Assembly: GCF_001457595.1 (NCBI RefSeq)
Contig: NZ_LN831039.1
Location: 3,570,001-3,602,000, forward strand
Length of the DNA stretch: 32,000 nt
Direction of reading: 5' to 3'
Origin: Mycolicibacterium smegmatis
GTDB taxonomy: Bacteria; Actinomycetota; Actinomycetes; Mycobacteriales; Mycobacteriaceae
The position numbers were made by a program, and so were the translations under genes. This document shows positions 1 through 7,170 of the stretch, one piece after another. Below the pieces are notes generated by a model. It was given only the letters and a program-made list of their open reading frames with translations. It had not been told where the DNA came from and searched no databases. The number at the start of each line of letters is the position of its first letter. Position 1 is the stretch's first letter.

Positions 1-296
1 ACACCGTGGTAATGCACGTGGTGATGATCCCCGAGGATCTCGCCGTCCTACGCGTGCAGCACCGGGTACGAGCCGGTGGTCACCATGTGCCCGAGGAGAA
101 GATCCGCGAACGGCACCAACGACTCTGGCCCCTCGTCGCGCTGGCGGCCGCCCGCGCCGACATCTCGACGTTCTATGACAACAGCGCCGTCAGGGGTCCG
201 CGCATCGTTGCCCAACTCGCCGGCGGATTTGCTGTGGGCCGGCCCGCCTGGCCAATGTGGGCACCCCAGGTGCTCACCTCGCGGTGGCCCGAATAG
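1..296 (+). CDS. zeta-toxin / AAA-type P-loop kinase family protein, C-terminal fragment (5' end outside window)
   Basis: The ORF runs in from the left edge with no credible start in the window and stops at TAG 294-296. The tail ...RAGGHHVPEEKIRERHQRLWPLV... resembles the C-terminal part of zeta-toxin-like kinases. The Walker motifs would lie upstream of the window. Confidence 0.55.
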   Translation, partial: TVVMHVVMIPEDLAVLRVQHRVRAGGHHVPEEKIRERHQRLWPLVALAAARADISTFYDNSAVRGPRIVAQLAGGFAVGRPAWPMWAPQVLTSRWPE

Positions 297-307
297 ATTG
301 TCGCGGT

Positions 308-1660
308 TCAGACTTCGACGGCCGCGGCAGGTCGCAGGCGGGCGATGATCCCGTCGAGATCCCGGATGAACATCTCGGGCCGGAAGATGTGCCCCCCGGG
401 TACCTCATGGGCCTCGTGCGGAATGCCCGCGGCCCTGAGGCGCTCACGGAATTCACGCTGACCGGCGAGCACCTGGGTCTCGTTGACGCTGTCAAACCAG
501 TTGAGCGGATCCGGACTGGTCCCGGCCACGAGGAACACGCGCTTGTTCCGGTAGCTCTCGATTCGTTCCACCGGATTGTCCGCGCTCACCCGCGCCTGGT
601 CCCACAGCGGAGCGCCGTAGACGGTACCGCCACCGAGATCCAGCACCGCCGAGGTCAGATTCGCCCAGTGGACCACCAAACCGAAATCGCGCCGCAGGCT
701 CGCCGGCCCGGAATGGCTGCTCACCGAAGCGAAATGGCCGTAGTACTTGGCGGCGTACTTCAGCGCGCCGAACCCGCCCATCGAGAACCCGGCGACCGCG
801 CGTCCGTCGTACTCGGCATACGTACGGAAGTTCGCCTCGACCCATGGCAGCAACTGCGCGATGTGGAAGGTCTCCCAGTTTCGCGGCCCGACAAAGGATG
901 CCACCGGATTGGAGTACCAACCGGCATGCCCGCCGTCCGGCATCACCACGATGATGGGTTTGCCCGCGGTCCAGTTCCTGATGCCGAGGAAGTCGAACGT
1001 GCGGAAGTCCTGGTCCCCACCTCCGTGAAGCAGATACAGCACGGGGTAGGTCTTACCGCTGGTGCGATAGTCGTCCGGCAGCAACACGTTGATGCCGGGG
1101 TTCCAGCCGACCGCCGCGGTCTGGAAGCGGTAGTACCACAGGCGAGGATCGCTCTCGTTGCGGTCGACGATGCGCAGGCCGAAGCCGTCACTTCGCCCGG
1201 CAAATATCAACAGCACCCGGCCGACCTCTATGACGTTGGGGTTCGGTATGCCGTTGACCGCGGCGATCAACGGATAGAACGCCGAATCTCCATAGAACCG
1301 TGTGGCGAGCGCCGACAGCGTGTCCCCGGCGACCACGGGGTATCGCGTGATGTCCGGGATGACCAGTCGCTGTCCGGCCTCGGCATCTGTGGTCGGCGCG
1401 ATACCGCTCGCAGCGGCGATCAGCGGCGCCAGGGCGGCATCGGCGTAGAACCGCGCGGCCACATCCGACAACGTCTCCCCAGGGACCACCGTGTGCCGCA
1501 CGAAGTCGGGAAAGATGAGCCTCTGGCCCACCGCGATGACGCCGGGATCCGGAATGCCGCTGGCTGTCGCGATCAGCGGATACAGATCGGCTTCGCCGTA
1601 GAACCGCAACGCCAAGCCGGACAACGTCTCCCCCGCGGCTACCGTATGCGTCCTGACCAT
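308..1660 (-). CDS. LysM x3 - esterase (esterase D / antigen-85-like alpha/beta hydrolase), Rv1288-like
   Basis: Track ORF 308..1693. Three tandem LysM modules are present (HTVAAGETLSGLALRFYG.., HTVVPGETLSDVAARFYA.., YPVVAGDTLSALATRFYG..). A hydrolase core follows, with LLHGGG, the GFSMGG nucleophile elbow and a C-terminal PGGH. I moved the start to ATG 1660 because GAGGAGGGG lies 4 nt upstream of it. Confidence 0.9.
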   Translation of the reverse strand: MVRTHTVAAGETLSGLALRFYGEADLYPLIATASGIPDPGVIAVGQRLIFPDFVRHTVVPGETLSDVAARFYADAALAPLIAAASGIAPTTDAEAGQRLVIPDITRYPVVAGDTLSALATRFYGDSAFYPLIAAVNGIPNPNVIEVGRVLLIFAGRSDGFGLRIVDRNESDPRLWYYRFQTAAVGWNPGINVLLPDDYRTSGKTYPVLYLLHGGGDQDFRTFDFLGIRNWTAGKPIIVVMPDGGHAGWYSNPVASFVGPRNWETFHIAQLLPWVEANFRTYAEYDGRAVAGFSMGGFGALKYAAKYYGHFASVSSHSGPASLRRDFGLVVHWANLTSAVLDLGGGTVYGAPLWDQARVSADNPVERIESYRNKRVFLVAGTSPDPLNWFDSVNETQVLAGQREFRERLRAAGIPHEAHEVPGGHIFRPEMFIRDLDGIIARLRPAAAVEV

Positions 1661-1994
1661 ACGTCCCCTCCTCAGATGTCGAATTGACGACACTGCCGAT
1701 TCGTCTGGCGCCCACGAGTCTAGGCATGGGGGAAGGAGAATCGTCCGCGTTCCAAAGCATTGCCGGACTCGTTGGGCGGTCCTGGCGGGCGCAGGGCGTC
1801 GATCGACCGTGAAACCGACACCGTCCTCCCGATGCCGGGCCGGTGCCGTCGCCTCGGATTCAGCAAACCGCAGCCGGCTGATCGGCAGTTGAGCCCAAAA
1901 AATGCTTTTGGTTTGAACCGCAGCCGAAACGGTAATTCTGTTGGCGTCAATTTATCCAACAACTGGATGACCACAAGTCAGAACGGATTCAGCA

Positions 1995-2150
1995 ATGATT
2001 GTCCTCGGCATCATCCTTCTCTTGATCGGCTACTTCACGAGCCTTTCGATCCTGTACACCATCGGCGGCATCCTGGTCGTCGTGGGCGTCATCCTGTGGA
2101 TCCTCGGCGCCGTCGGTCGCCCCGTGGGCGGACGAAAAGTCTGGTTCTGA
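1995..2150 (+). CDS. small (51 aa) two-helix hydrophobic membrane protein
   Basis: Not in the ORF track because it is under 60 aa. ATG 1995 to TGA 2148-2150 encodes [51 protein letters not shown]. Third codon positions are almost all G/C, as in the neighbouring genes. A perfect 15-bp hairpin follows 5 nt after the stop. Confidence 0.7.
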   Translation: MIVLGIILLLIGYFTSLSILYTIGGILVVVGVILWILGAVGRPVGGRKVWF

Positions 2151-2155
2151 CCTGA

Positions 2156-2189
2156 GCACGCAGCGCCGCGCACACGCGGCGCTGCGTGC
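2156..2189 (+). terminator. intrinsic terminator hairpin (15-bp perfect stem, 4-nt loop)
   Basis: GCACGCAGCGCCGCG-caca-CGCGGCGCTGCGTGC lies immediately downstream of the small membrane ORF. There is no U-tract, which is common in mycobacteria. Confidence 0.7.
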
Positions 2190-2286
2190 CCCATCAGGGC
2201 CTACCCGCCGTGTCCTCGTTGTTGCGGCGGGCCACCGGTTCTTCGGACTAGCCTGGAAACACGACTGGCAGACAGCCAGGTTCAGC

Positions 2287-2308
2287 GGCGAAAGGACGGC
2301 GAAAGGAC
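2287..2308 (+). repeat. tandem 2 x 11-bp repeat GGCGAAAGGAC in the sdaA leader
   Basis: GGCGAAAGGAC occurs at 2287-2297 and again at 2298-2308, back to back. Each copy carries an AAGGA Shine-Dalgarno-like core. Confidence 0.8.
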
Positions 2309-2355
2309 GGAGTGCCGGAAATGTTGTGTCTTGGCCTAGTGAGGTCCGGCGTCCG

Positions 2356-3744
2356 ATGACCGTCAGCGTGTTCGATCTGTTCAGCGTCGGTATCGGTCCC
2401 TCGAGTTCGCACACCGTGGGCCCCATGCGAGCGGCCGCGCGGTTTGCCGACGAGCTCGACGCCATCGGTGCGCTCAATGCGGTCGCAACCATCGACGTCG
2501 ACCTCTATGGATCGCTGGCCGCGACCGGCGCGGGCCACGGGACCATGTCGGCAATTCTCTTGGGTCTGGAGGGTTCTCGGCCCGAGACGATCGAATCAGA
2601 ATCCAAGGACCGGCGCATCGAGCAAATACGCGCCGAAGGCCGCATCCGCGTCGGTGGACGTGTCGAGATCACGCTTTCCGAGAACGACATCCGGTTACAT
2701 CCCGAGACTGTCCTGCCCACGCACTCCAACGGTATGCGGTTGTCCGCGGCCGGATCCGACGGGCGCCCGCTACATGCGCAGACATACTTCTCGGTCGGCG
2801 GAGGTTTCATCGTCGCCGAAGGTGCCGACGAACTCGGGCAAAGTCACGGATCGGAAGACGGCGACGTCACGTTCAGCTCCGCTGCCGAATTGCTGGCCCT
2901 CGCCGACAAATTCGACTCCCCCATCAGCTCGGTCATGCTCGCGTTCGAAACCGAGACCAGAAGCGAGGATGAGGTCAGGGCGCGTCTGCTGCACATCCGC
3001 GACGTGATGTTCGAATGCATGGAGCGCGGGATCACCCGCGACGGCTTCCTCCCCGGCACGTTGAGGGTGCGCCGGCGTGCCCGCGACTGGTACCAACGCC
3101 TACTCACCGACGATCCCGGCCGGGACCCCGTCTACGCCGAAGACTGGGTCAACCTTGTCGCGCTTGCAGTCAACGAGGAGAACGCGTCCGGCGGCCGCAT
3201 CGTCACCGCTCCCACCAACGGCGCCGCCGGCATCATCCCGGCAGTCCTCTACTACGCACTGCACTACACACCCCAGGGCGCGGCGGACCCCGACGACGCG
3301 AGCGTCCGATTCCTCCTGACCGCTGGGGCGATCGGCTCGTTGTACAAAGAACGCGCCTCGATCTCGGGCGCGGAGGTCGGATGTCAGGGAGAGGTCGGTT
3401 CTGCGGCCTCCATGGCCGCTGCCGGGCTCGCCGAAATCCTCGGAGGCACGCCCGCGCAGGTCGAGAACGCCGCCGAGATCGCCATGGAACACAGCCTGGG
3501 ACTGACCTGCGACCCGATCGGGGGTCTGGTGCAGATCCCGTGCATAGAACGCAACGCCATCTCGGCGGGAAAGGCGATCAACGCAGCGCGAATGGCGTTG
3601 CGCGGCGACGGAACTCACCGCGTGAGCCTCGACCAGGTGATCGAGACGATGCGCAGCACCGGGCGTGACATGAGTGCCAAGTACAAGGAGACATCGACCG
3701 GTGGACTGGCGACGGCCGTGCCGGTGAACGTCGTGGAGTGCTGA
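2356..3744 (+). CDS. sdaA: L-serine ammonia-lyase (L-serine dehydratase), single-chain iron-sulfur type
   Basis: Translation [27 protein letters not shown]...[15 protein letters not shown]...[17 protein letters not shown] is typical of fused alpha/beta SdaA. ATG 2356 is preceded by GAGG at 2341-2344. The track start GTG 2326 would add 10 non-conserved residues. Confidence 0.95.
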   Translation: MTVSVFDLFSVGIGPSSSHTVGPMRAAARFADELDAIGALNAVATIDVDLYGSLAATGAGHGTMSAILLGLEGSRPETIESESKDRRIEQIRAEGRIRVGGRVEITLSENDIRLHPETVLPTHSNGMRLSAAGSDGRPLHAQTYFSVGGGFIVAEGADELGQSHGSEDGDVTFSSAAELLALADKFDSPISSVMLAFETETRSEDEVRARLLHIRDVMFECMERGITRDGFLPGTLRVRRRARDWYQRLLTDDPGRDPVYAEDWVNLVALAVNEENASGGRIVTAPTNGAAGIIPAVLYYALHYTPQGAADPDDASVRFLLTAGAIGSLYKERASISGAEVGCQGEVGSAASMAAAGLAEILGGTPAQVENAAEIAMEHSLGLTCDPIGGLVQIPCIERNAISAGKAINAARMALRGDGTHRVSLDQVIETMRSTGRDMSAKYKETSTGGLATAVPVNVVEC

Positions 3745-3777
3745 GCACCCGCGACCGCGAACCCGGCCGGCGCGGGC

Positions 3778-4338
3778 CTACGGGACCGGCGGCGCCGCTG
3801 GGGCCGGCGAGTTGTACTCGTAGCCCGGTGGCGGCGGACCGTCGAGCGGGTAGTAGCCGGGCGGCAGCGGCGGACCGCCTGCATCACCCGCCGGGTCTTC
3901 GGTCACCGGCGTCTCGGAGCCCGGAGCGTTGATCGAGACGTACCCGGGCGGCAGCGGCGGAGGTGCACCCGCGCCGGGCGGCGGCGCGACACCGCCGGTG
4001 GGAGCCAACTGCATGCCTCCGGGATCGCGGGCCTGGTGCCACAGGTCCCGGAGCGAGCCCAACGGGCCTGAGCCGGACTGACCCGACCCGTACATCGGGT
4101 TCGCCATCTCGGGCACCGGCGGAGGACCGACCGGCGGCGGCGCGGGCGGAAGCGCGGAGCCCTCGGCAGGCTCGACGATCGGCTGACCGGGAGCAGCGAC
4201 GGCAGGACCCGGCGGAGCAGGATCCGGCACCGGATCGGCCGCGGCAGGTGCCGCCATGACGAGACCGACCACGGACAACCCGGCAATCGCCAGTGGTGCC
4301 ACGCCGCGGGACCGCCCGCGACCACGCCTTACGGTCAT
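3778..4338 (-). CDS. secreted proline-rich protein (signal peptide plus Pro/Gly-rich mature part)
   Basis: N-terminus MTVRRGRGRSRGVAPLAIAGLSVVGLVMAAPAAA|DPVPDP has a basic n-region, a hydrophobic core and an AxA cleavage site. The rest is low-complexity and Pro-rich, with three PPGY motifs. High-GC low-complexity ORFs are riskier calls, but the signal peptide supports this one. Confidence 0.7.
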   Translation of the reverse strand: MTVRRGRGRSRGVAPLAIAGLSVVGLVMAAPAAADPVPDPAPPGPAVAAPGQPIVEPAEGSALPPAPPPVGPPPVPEMANPMYGSGQSGSGPLGSLRDLWHQARDPGGMQLAPTGGVAPPPGAGAPPPLPPGYVSINAPGSETPVTEDPAGDAGGPPLPPGYYPLDGPPPPGYEYNSPAPAAPPVP

Positions 4339-4497
4339 GTATCCGGCCGTCCTTTCTGCCGTCAGTGTCGGGGCCTACCGCAACTTTCGCGGCTGGGCAC
4401 CTGGGCATCGTCGCACATTCGGTTCACCCGCGCCCACAGGTCAGGTTGTGTTGCGTCGGCACAGCGGCCCCTCAGACAGTCGTGAGAGCCTGAATAC

Positions 4498-5304
4498 GTG
4501 CGCCTCAGACAAGCGACCATCTTCTGTGCCGCCCTGCTGTCGCTGTCCACACTGGCCGCAGGGTGCACATCGGAACCGACGCCAGACCCGAGCCCCCTCC
4601 GGCACATCACCGAATCGAAGACCCTGAGAGTCTGCAGCACCGGCGACTACCGCCCGTTCACCTTCCGTGACCCGCAGGGAGCCTGGAGCGGGATGGACAT
4701 CGACCTCGCCGACGATATGGCACGTCGCCTCGGCGTCGAGGTCGACATGGTGCAGACGACGTGGGCCAACCTGGTCGGCGACCTCAACGACCGGTGCGAC
4801 ATCGCGATGGGCGGCATCAGCATCACGCTGAAACGCGCGCAGGAGGCGGTGTACTCGGCGCCGTACCTGCGCGACGGCAAAGCCGCCATCGTGCGCTGTG
4901 CCGACGCGTCACGATTCCGTTCGCTGCAGGACATCGATCGTCCGGGTACACGCGTCGTCGTCAATCCCGGTGGCACCAACGAGGAGTTCGCGAAAGGCAA
5001 CCTCAAACAGGCCACGATCATCGACCATCCCGACAACAACACCATTTTCGGCGAGATCAGCGCCGGACACGCGGACGCGATGATCACCGACGCCAGCGAG
5101 ATACGGTTCCAGACCGCGCAGGACCGCACGCTGTGTGGTGTGTCCACCGATCGACCGTTCACGTTCGAGCAGAAGGCGTACCTTCTGCCGGCCGCGGCGA
5201 TTGATACCGCCCGGTGGGTCGACGAGTGGCTCAACATCGTCCAGCACGACGGCACCTACGACCGGATCAGCCAGAAGTGGCTGGGCCGCGTCGTCGGGCC
5301 GTGA
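4498..5304 (+). CDS. lipoprotein, solute-binding-protein family 3 fold; cyclohexadienyl (prephenate/arogenate) dehydratase PheC-like
   Basis: GTG 4498. The lipobox is LSTLAAG|C. Motifs TGDYRPFTF, ISITLKRAQEAVYSAPYLRDGK, VNPGGTNEEFA, HPDNNTIF and EQKAYLLP match what I recall of periplasmic PheC. No ABC permease or ATPase gene is adjacent. Confidence 0.8.
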   Translation: MRLRQATIFCAALLSLSTLAAGCTSEPTPDPSPLRHITESKTLRVCSTGDYRPFTFRDPQGAWSGMDIDLADDMARRLGVEVDMVQTTWANLVGDLNDRCDIAMGGISITLKRAQEAVYSAPYLRDGKAAIVRCADASRFRSLQDIDRPGTRVVVNPGGTNEEFAKGNLKQATIIDHPDNNTIFGEISAGHADAMITDASEIRFQTAQDRTLCGVSTDRPFTFEQKAYLLPAAAIDTARWVDEWLNIVQHDGTYDRISQKWLGRVVGP

Positions 5305-5385
5305 TACGCGAACGCGTTTGTCCGAGCGTCGCTGGGGATATTCTGCCGATCGCACGGTAGATCGGTGCGAGAAGGAGTGGCGGTC

Positions 5386-5544
5386 ATGGCGAAGGATTCG
5401 AAAGACGACGCGGCAACGGGCGCGGGCGACAAGACCGACCCCGCCGACAATCCCCCGCCGGGACCCACCGATCACGGCCGCGAAGGTGGCATGGCCACCC
5501 GCGAGGTGACTCCTGAGCTCGTCGAATCCGACGACGAGGACTGA
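5386..5544 (+). CDS. small (52 aa) acidic hypothetical protein
   Basis: Not in the ORF track. GAAGGAG (5371-5377) lies 8 nt upstream of ATG 5386. The product is MAKDSKDDAATGAGDKTDPADNPPPGPTDHGREGGMATREVTPELVESDDED. About four fifths of third codon positions are G/C. Stop is TGA 5542-5544. Confidence 0.5.
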   Translation: MAKDSKDDAATGAGDKTDPADNPPPGPTDHGREGGMATREVTPELVESDDED

Positions 5545-5565
5545 CCACCGCGACGACGGGCCGTG

Positions 5566-7065
5566 TCAGCCGCCGATCAGATCGGCTGCACGCTCGGCGA
5601 TGCCGTAAACCGTTGCCATCGGGTTGTTCGACGGCAGGGACGGCATGACGGACGCATCCGCCACACGCAGACCCGCGAGACCGTGCACGCGCAGTGCCGT
5701 GTCGACCACCGACTCGTCCGAGTCTCCCATGGCGCACGTGCCTGACGAGTGGTAGTACGAGCTGAGGGAGTCGCAGATGAATCGTCGCAACGATTCATCG
5801 TCTGCCACCGCGGGTCCCGGGGCGAGTTCGCCACCGCACCACGGCGCCATCGCGGCCGCGGCGCCGATTTCGCGAGCGATGCGGAAGCCCTCGAGCATCG
5901 TCTTCCAGTCACGCTCGTCAATGAGGTAGTTCGGATCGACCAACGGCGCGGCGTTGACCGTCGGTCCCGTGAGCCGAACCCGCCCGCGACTGTGCGGTTG
6001 CATCGCGGAGACGCCGAAGAGATACGCGTTGGGAATGTCCAGTCCGGTCACCTCGGTCGAATCGACCATCAGGATCTGCAGATCCGGTGCGCCCGCAGAC
6101 GCCGTGCGGATCAGGCCCATCACCTCACCGTGGTTGTGCTCCGGCGTCGGAATCGGCTGCGCCGCAGTGTATATGACACCGCTGAGCGGATGGTCCTGGA
6201 AGTTTGCGCCGACCCCGGGCAGGTGATGGACGACGTCGACGCCCACGTCGCGAAGGTGCGCCTCTGGGCCCACACCGGACACCATCAAAAGCTGCGCGGA
6301 ACCGATCGCGCCGGCCGCCAGCACAATCTCGCCAACCGACCGCACACAGGTTGATGATGGACTCGAGCTGCGGTGGAACTCCACTCCGGTGCAGCGGCCC
6401 TCGGAGATCACGAGCCGGTGCACGACGGCGTCGGAGATCACGTCGAGATTGGGGCGGTCCATCGCCGGCACCAGATACGCGTCTGCGGCGGTCTGGCGCC
6501 TGCGTCCGTCGATGGTCAGATCCGCCGCACCGAAACCGGTTTCGTCGCCGCTGCTGATGTCTTCTGCTGCGGCATAGCCGCATTCGACCGCTGCATCGAG
6601 CGCCGCGGCCAGCAGTGGGTTGACCGGCGAGGCGGGACCGACGCGCAACGGGCCGTTCTTGCCTCGCAGTGCCGGGTTACCGCCACGAGAGGCCTCACTG
6701 CGCATGAAGTACGGCAGCAGGTCGTCGAACCGCCAACCCTCGGGCCAGTCGTCGTAGCTCTCGCGGTGACCCCGCGCGAACATCATCGCGTTGATCGCGG
6801 AGGACCCGCCGAACCCGCGCCCTCGGGCGACATGTATCGCGCGCCCCAGGGTGTCCTGGACCGCGGTGGGGCCGCCCCAGTCCGCCGAACTCCCGAGCAG
6901 GGTCTGCCACTGCGGCGGCGCCGCGCTCGCAGGCGGTAGCGTCGCGCTTCCGGCCTCGATGAGCAACACCCGGACGTCCTCCTGTGCGCTGAGACGGGCC
7001 GCGAGAACACATCCCGCGGTGCCGGCGCCCACGATGACGAAGTCGTAACCCGGTTCCGATGCCAT
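5566..7065 (-). CDS. GMC-family FAD oxidoreductase (choline-dehydrogenase-like)
   Basis: The N-terminal FAD fold YDFVIVGAGTAGCVLAARLS and GMC-type motifs run throughout. I set the start at ATG 7065 because AGGAGAA lies 4 nt upstream. The track start 7095 adds 10 residues. Confidence 0.9.
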   Translation of the reverse strand: MASEPGYDFVIVGAGTAGCVLAARLSAQEDVRVLLIEAGSATLPPASAAPPQWQTLLGSSADWGGPTAVQDTLGRAIHVARGRGFGGSSAINAMMFARGHRESYDDWPEGWRFDDLLPYFMRSEASRGGNPALRGKNGPLRVGPASPVNPLLAAALDAAVECGYAAAEDISSGDETGFGAADLTIDGRRRQTAADAYLVPAMDRPNLDVISDAVVHRLVISEGRCTGVEFHRSSSPSSTCVRSVGEIVLAAGAIGSAQLLMVSGVGPEAHLRDVGVDVVHHLPGVGANFQDHPLSGVIYTAAQPIPTPEHNHGEVMGLIRTASAGAPDLQILMVDSTEVTGLDIPNAYLFGVSAMQPHSRGRVRLTGPTVNAAPLVDPNYLIDERDWKTMLEGFRIAREIGAAAAMAPWCGGELAPGPAVADDESLRRFICDSLSSYYHSSGTCAMGDSDESVVDTALRVHGLAGLRVADASVMPSLPSNNPMATVYGIAERAADLIGG

Positions 7066-7083
7066 ATTTTCTCCTGTTTTCGC

Positions 7084-7105
7084 TGATAACGTCAATCCGT
7101 TATCA
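7084..7105. promoter_or_regulatory. candidate operator: perfect 8-bp inverted repeat TGATAACG-tcaatc-CGTTATCA
   Basis: An AT-rich palindrome in the 105-nt divergent region between the GMC oxidoreductase (ATG 7065, minus strand) and the LLM oxidoreductase (ATG 7171, plus strand). It closely resembles the palindrome at 10691-10717. Confidence 0.4.
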
Positions 7106-7170
7106 TTGGAAACGTCGCGCGGGCGTTAAGCATTCCGTCGGACATTCCAGAACCTCCCGAAAGGTCTGAC

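Noticed and set aside
257-1687. Long ORFs antisense to recognised genes: 257..1687 (+), 11823..12692 (-), 15385..16947 (+), 17927..19231 (+), 20200..21996 (-), 24317..26263 (+), 27326..28522 (-) and 29905..30873 (-).
   Set aside because: Their translations are Arg/Pro/Gly/Ala-rich low-complexity sequence with no recognisable motifs. Each fully overlaps a gene with clear family signatures on the other strand. Open antisense frames of this kind are expected in high-GC DNA.
1694-1990. Possible ydaO/c-di-AMP riboswitch in the 5' region of the LysM-esterase gene, because such riboswitches precede cell-wall hydrolase genes in actinobacteria.
   Set aside because: I read the reverse complement. Only a GAATCCG fragment matches, and the hallmark CAGCTAACCTCGTAAGCG-like segment is absent.
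2190-2355. Possible glycine riboswitch in the sdaA leader (CAGCGGCGAAAGGAC resembles the CAGGCAAAAGGAC block; a CACCG block and CTGGAAAC are also present).
   Set aside because: The conserved GGAGAG and CCGAAGGGGCAA blocks are absent, and the weak matches are in the wrong order for either aptamer. An Rfam covariance-model scan would settle it. I would expect no significant hit.
3745-3777. Possible bidirectional terminator between sdaA and the proline-rich gene (CCCGCG ... CGCGGG around CCGGCCGG).
   Set aside because: The stem is short (5-6 bp) with several alternative pairings, which is not distinctive enough in GC-rich DNA to call as a feature.
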